Assembly (NCBI GenBank): GCA_022750375.1 | Contig: JAKIVU010000005.1 | Location: 4,288-68,287 of the forward strand | Reading direction: 5' to 3' | DNA: 64,000 bases | Origin: Thermoplasmata archaeon | GTDB lineage: Archaea; Thermoplasmatota; Thermoplasmata; Lutacidiplasmatales; UBA184 | Shown: positions 61,683 through 64,000 of the stretch, in pieces | Numbering within the stretch: the stretch's first letter is position 1 | Layout: each line of letters begins with the position of its first letter | Position numbers and translations under genes: made by a program | Notes under the pieces: model-generated | The model's input: the letters and a program-made list of their open reading frames with translations, nothing else | Database searches by the model: none | What the model was told of the DNA's origin: nothing

Positions 61683-62231
61683 ATGAACGAACACCCCGGC
61701 ACCGAACCGAGGATAGTCATCCGTCGAATTGTGGAATCGGATAGGAATGCGTTACGAGAATTGCGCCTTCGGGCCCTAACTACGGACCCAATGTCCTTTG
61801 CATCCACGTTCGACCGGGAATCCAGAGACGACGGCGCGAAATGGACCGATTGGGCGCACCGTGGAGCTGTTTCCCCCGAAATGGCGGTCCTCGTGGCCGA
61901 GCAGATCAACGGCCCGCTGATCGGGATGGTGGGCGCGTTGTCGGAGGAAGATGTCACTCACATCTACGGGATGTGGGTCGAGCCAGGCCACCGGAACCTC
62001 GGCCTGGGAGGGAAACTACTCGACGCGATTCTCGCATGGGTGGAAACGTCTCACCCATCGTCCGAAGTTCGTCTGGGAGTTGTACCTTCCTCCGATTCAG
62101 CGGTGCGCCTTTACCGCAGCCGGGGGTTCGTTCCGAGCGGGAAGGTCGAACCCCTTCCGCACACCCCAGGAGTGGTGTGGCATGAGATGGCCCTACTACG
62201 CAAGGGATCGAATCCGTCGTCAGAAGGGTGA
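61683..62231 (+). CDS. GNAT family N-acetyltransferase
   Basis: The ATG at 61683 gives a 182-aa protein. IRRIVESDRNALRELRL and the acetyl-CoA motif VEPGHRNLGLGGKLLDA. The upstream part of the track ORF merely reads through repeat A. Confidence 0.8.
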   Translation: MNEHPGTEPRIVIRRIVESDRNALRELRLRALTTDPMSFASTFDRESRDDGAKWTDWAHRGAVSPEMAVLVAEQINGPLIGMVGALSEEDVTHIYGMWVEPGHRNLGLGGKLLDAILAWVETSHPSSEVRLGVVPSSDSAVRLYRSRGFVPSGKVEPLPHTPGVVWHEMALLRKGSNPSSEG

Positions 62232-62313
62232 TGCTCGTCCGTCCGTTTGATCGAAGCTCGATCAAGGACCAGGACTTCCCGTCGGCCGGGTGCCTGCGCT
62301 GGTCGACCGGAAC

Positions 62314-62394
62314 GTACGGGAACTGAAGAATTCAGTAGTGTCCCCCCCGACATCTCTCACCGATTTATCGCCGGGAGTCGACGAAGTTCGACCA
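62314..62394 (+). repeat. tRNA(CAU) 3'-half-like structured repeat, copy B
   Basis: GTACGGGAAC-TGAAGAATTCAGTAG-TGTCCCCCCCGACATCTCTCACCGATTTATCGCCGGGAGTCGACGAAGTTCGACCA. 42 of 48 positions identical to copy C from CCGACA onward (hand alignment). Confidence 0.75.
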
Positions 62395-62531
62395 ACATGA
62401 TGGCGGCAAGTCCGCGGGCGGAGGTCCCGCCTCGAGAATGGTCTTTCTTGGATTGAGCCCGGGTCACTGGAGGCGCCGGATTCGACTGAGGGGGCCTTTC
62501 CTGGAGATGATGGGCGGCTAAGGGACCAGGG

Positions 62532-62789
62532 TTACCGGCCGTAGATTCGCGACCGGTGATCCACGCGTTCGACCAGAATGGTCTGTTCTGCGTGGGAGAG
62601 CACGGCCAGGAGGCGATAGCTGCCGATACGAAGCTTGAACTCGTCCGAGCTCGCCAATCTCGTGAAATAGTGGGTCGGGGCCAAGGCGGCTGCCTCGAGA
62701 CGAGTTACAACCCTTCGGGCTACCGTTCGATCGAGTTTGTGCAGATCGCGAACAGCGGTGTCCGACCACTGGATCGACCACGCCGTCAG
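62532..62789 (-). CDS. relE: RelE/ParE-family type II toxin (no canonical start codon; CTG overlapping the antitoxin stop proposed)
   Basis: Hand translation of a frame not listed in the track: (L)TAWSIQWSDTAVRDLHKLDRTVARRVVTRLEAAALAPTHYFTRLASSDEFKLRIGSYRLLAVLSHAEQTILVERVDHRSRIYGR, with TAA at 62532-62534. This is the classic RelE pattern (KLRIGSYRLL...V.HRS.IY). Confidence 0.7.
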   Translation of the reverse strand: MTAWSIQWSDTAVRDLHKLDRTVARRVVTRLEAAALAPTHYFTRLASSDEFKLRIGSYRLLAVLSHAEQTILVERVDHRSRIYGR

Positions 62790-63022
62790 AGGCCCAACCG
62801 CTTCTTGACCTGCTCGTGCGCCGTTACCCGGCCCGACCGGATGTCCAGTCTGGCGTTCAGCAACCCCATCCGAAACGCATCGCTGTATGTTCCTTCATCG
62901 TCTCCCTGCGGGACTAGGGCCAGCAGCTTGTTCAGGAGCTCATCGTAGGTCTCGCGCGGCGAGCTTTTCAATGCGGCCAGCCGCTCGCGGGTGGTCGGTG
63001 TAACTTGGATAGTCGTGATCAT
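62786..63022 (-). CDS. antitoxin partner of the RelE-like toxin (small N-terminal DNA-binding-type domain)
   Basis: 78-80 aa (ATG 63022 or TTG 63028). MITTIQVTPTTRERLAALK..., located immediately upstream of and overlapping the toxin frame. Confidence 0.65.
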   Translation of the reverse strand: MITTIQVTPTTRERLAALKSSPRETYDELLNKLLALVPQGDDEGTYSDAFRMGLLNARLDIRSGRVTAHEQVKKRLGL

Positions 63023-63048
63023 TGGCAATGGGATAGCGTATGGTCACC

Positions 63049-63056
63049 ATATAGAT
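63049..63056 (-). promoter_or_regulatory. TATA-like box for the toxin-antitoxin operon
   Basis: Minus-strand ATCTATAT lies 27-34 nt upstream of the ATG at 63022. It is embedded in the partial palindrome CATATAG-ATTA-CTATG. Confidence 0.4.
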
Positions 63057-63118
63057 TACTATGTTGGAATCGGGGAAAGGGTCGGGGCCGGAAAAACCGA
63101 CGGGACGAAATCCTTCCG

Positions 63119-63200
63119 GTCGGGGATATGAAGAATTCAGTAGTGTCCCCCTCCGACATCTTTCGCCGATTTATCGCCGAAAAACGACGAAGTTCGACCA
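63119..63200 (+). repeat. tRNA(CAU) 3'-half-like structured repeat, copy C
   Basis: ATCCTTCCGGTCGGGGATA-TGAAGAATTCAGTAG-TGTCCCCCTCCGACATCTTTCGCCGATTTATCGCCGAAAAACGACGAAGTTCGACCA. 38 of 50 positions identical to the tRNA 3' end plus flank (56929-56978) by hand alignment. Confidence 0.8.
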
Positions 63201-63332
63201 TTTGTCTGGAGGGGATCTGAACCCGTCAACGGTCGTTCCAGAAAGGGCTAGTTGATCGACCGTAGGGGGTGCGTCCTAGGTCGGGTGCCGCCCTGAGGCG
63301 GGGATTCGGGAACCTCCGCCCCCCTTCAGGGT

Positions 63333-63857
63333 TCAACCCTTGTTCTTCGCAGCCCATTCCTTGGCTGCATTAGCATCCCATTCCGGGGCGGCCTGTCGCG
63401 TGGTAACGTTGATCCTATTGTAGAGATTCTGAATGGCGATCCCGAGCACGAGGAACGCTAGCTCCCGTTCCTGGAAGTGACGCGCCGCCTCATCCCAGAC
63501 AGTGTCAGGCACGGGGTCCGAACGGTCGCTTAAGCGCGTTTCCGCCTCTGCGAGGGCGAGAGCCGCACGTTCCGGGGCCGTGAATTGTGGCGATTCCCTC
63601 CACGCCGAGACGGCGAGGAGCCGCTCGTCGGTCTCCCCAAGCTGTTTCAGTTGCCAACAACTGGCAGCGAGGCAGTTCGCGCAACCATTCAGCTGACTGG
63701 CCCGGAGCATGGCCAAAGCGAGCGCCCGCGCGGGCGAGCCTTTCAGCTGGCTCAGTAGCTGCCCGAGTCCCTGCAACGGGGCCATGGCCTCAGGAATGAT
63801 CATCGCGGGGTTCTTCAGTCGGCTTTTGGGCGTCACTGTGGACACTGCCATTTCCAT
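63333..63857 (-). CDS. carboxymuconolactone decarboxylase (AhpD-like) family protein
   Basis: Start at MEMAVSTV (ATG 63857). LRASQLNGCANCLAASC (CxxC) and SAWRESPQFTAPERAALALAEA are typical of the CMD/AhpD family. Confidence 0.75.
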   Translation of the reverse strand: MEMAVSTVTPKSRLKNPAMIIPEAMAPLQGLGQLLSQLKGSPARALALAMLRASQLNGCANCLAASCWQLKQLGETDERLLAVSAWRESPQFTAPERAALALAEAETRLSDRSDPVPDTVWDEAARHFQERELAFLVLGIAIQNLYNRINVTTRQAAPEWDANAAKEWAAKNKG

Positions 63858-64000
63858 TTGCTCGCTGCGCGATCGCTCGCGCGCGTCACTGCATAACTCT
63901 TTTGATATATACGTTACTGCTCTCAATCGTGGATATGACTCAAAGAGTCTTTCAGCCGATAGCACGTTGATTTCCGGTGAGTACGCGAGGCGGGGGATGC

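Noticed and set aside
62518-62781. 87-aa track ORF (MVDPVVGHRCS...), and the 130-aa plus-strand ORF 62556-62948
   Set aside because: Neither has any family resemblance. A third frame on the minus strand gives an unmistakable RelE-type sequence ending at 62532, so these are shadows of the toxin gene.
61575-63200. Could the three regularly spaced repeats be a CRISPR array or a classical integron?
   Set aside because: It is not CRISPR. The spacing is 740-800 bp, each interval contains a full gene, and the repeats are about 80 nt and imperfect. A classical integron is not claimed either. No intI or attI is in the window, I could not find RYYYAAC/GTTRRRY core sites, and cassette orientation is mixed. 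It is kept as an open question in the findings instead.

Overview
High-G+C archaeal chromosome segment. Spot counts on single 60-nt lines give about 65-70% G+C in core regions; nothing was computed window-wide. Archaeal markers are r-proteins L40e and S3Ae, RpoK, archease, two tRNAs with introns at position 37/38, class III (pilin-type) signal peptides, a split transketolase and a stand-alone 5S rRNA. A Thermoplasmatota-like lineage is my guess only.

Most of the window is densely packed housekeeping:
- ileS, trmI, pyrH and adk
- a non-oxidative pentose-phosphate cluster (transaldolase, split transketolase, rpiA)
- serA plus a class V aminotransferase, mtnP, nfo, an M1 aminopeptidase and an MVD-family mevalonate-pathway enzyme

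Start codons usually lie 22-35 nt downstream of TATA-like boxes, which suggests leaderless transcription.

Accessory or unusual content:
1. A MoxR/DUF58/DUF4129 membrane operon, followed by a pilin-like glycoprotein.
2. A lower-GC island at about 24.75-28.56 kb. It has its own intergenic repeat family and a frameshifted glutamic (G1) peptidase.
3. A type IV pilus-like operon with two paralogous ATPases bracketing a split platform protein. An orphan SPPY DNA methyltransferase follows on the same strand.
4. An AAA+/vWA pair whose junction is a coding-looking frame with no canonical start, sitting next to a C6 run.
5. The strongest candidate: a tRNA(CAU)-anchored accessory region (56.8-64 kb). 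Three tRNA-3'-half-like structured direct repeats split it into cassette-sized modules: a class III cyclase-STAND-TPR giant protein with tandem small paralogs, a GNAT, a RelE-type TA pair and a CMD-family protein.

Many long ORFs in the supplied track are antisense or off-frame shadows typical of GC-rich DNA and were not called. No CRISPR array, transposase or integrase is visible in the window.
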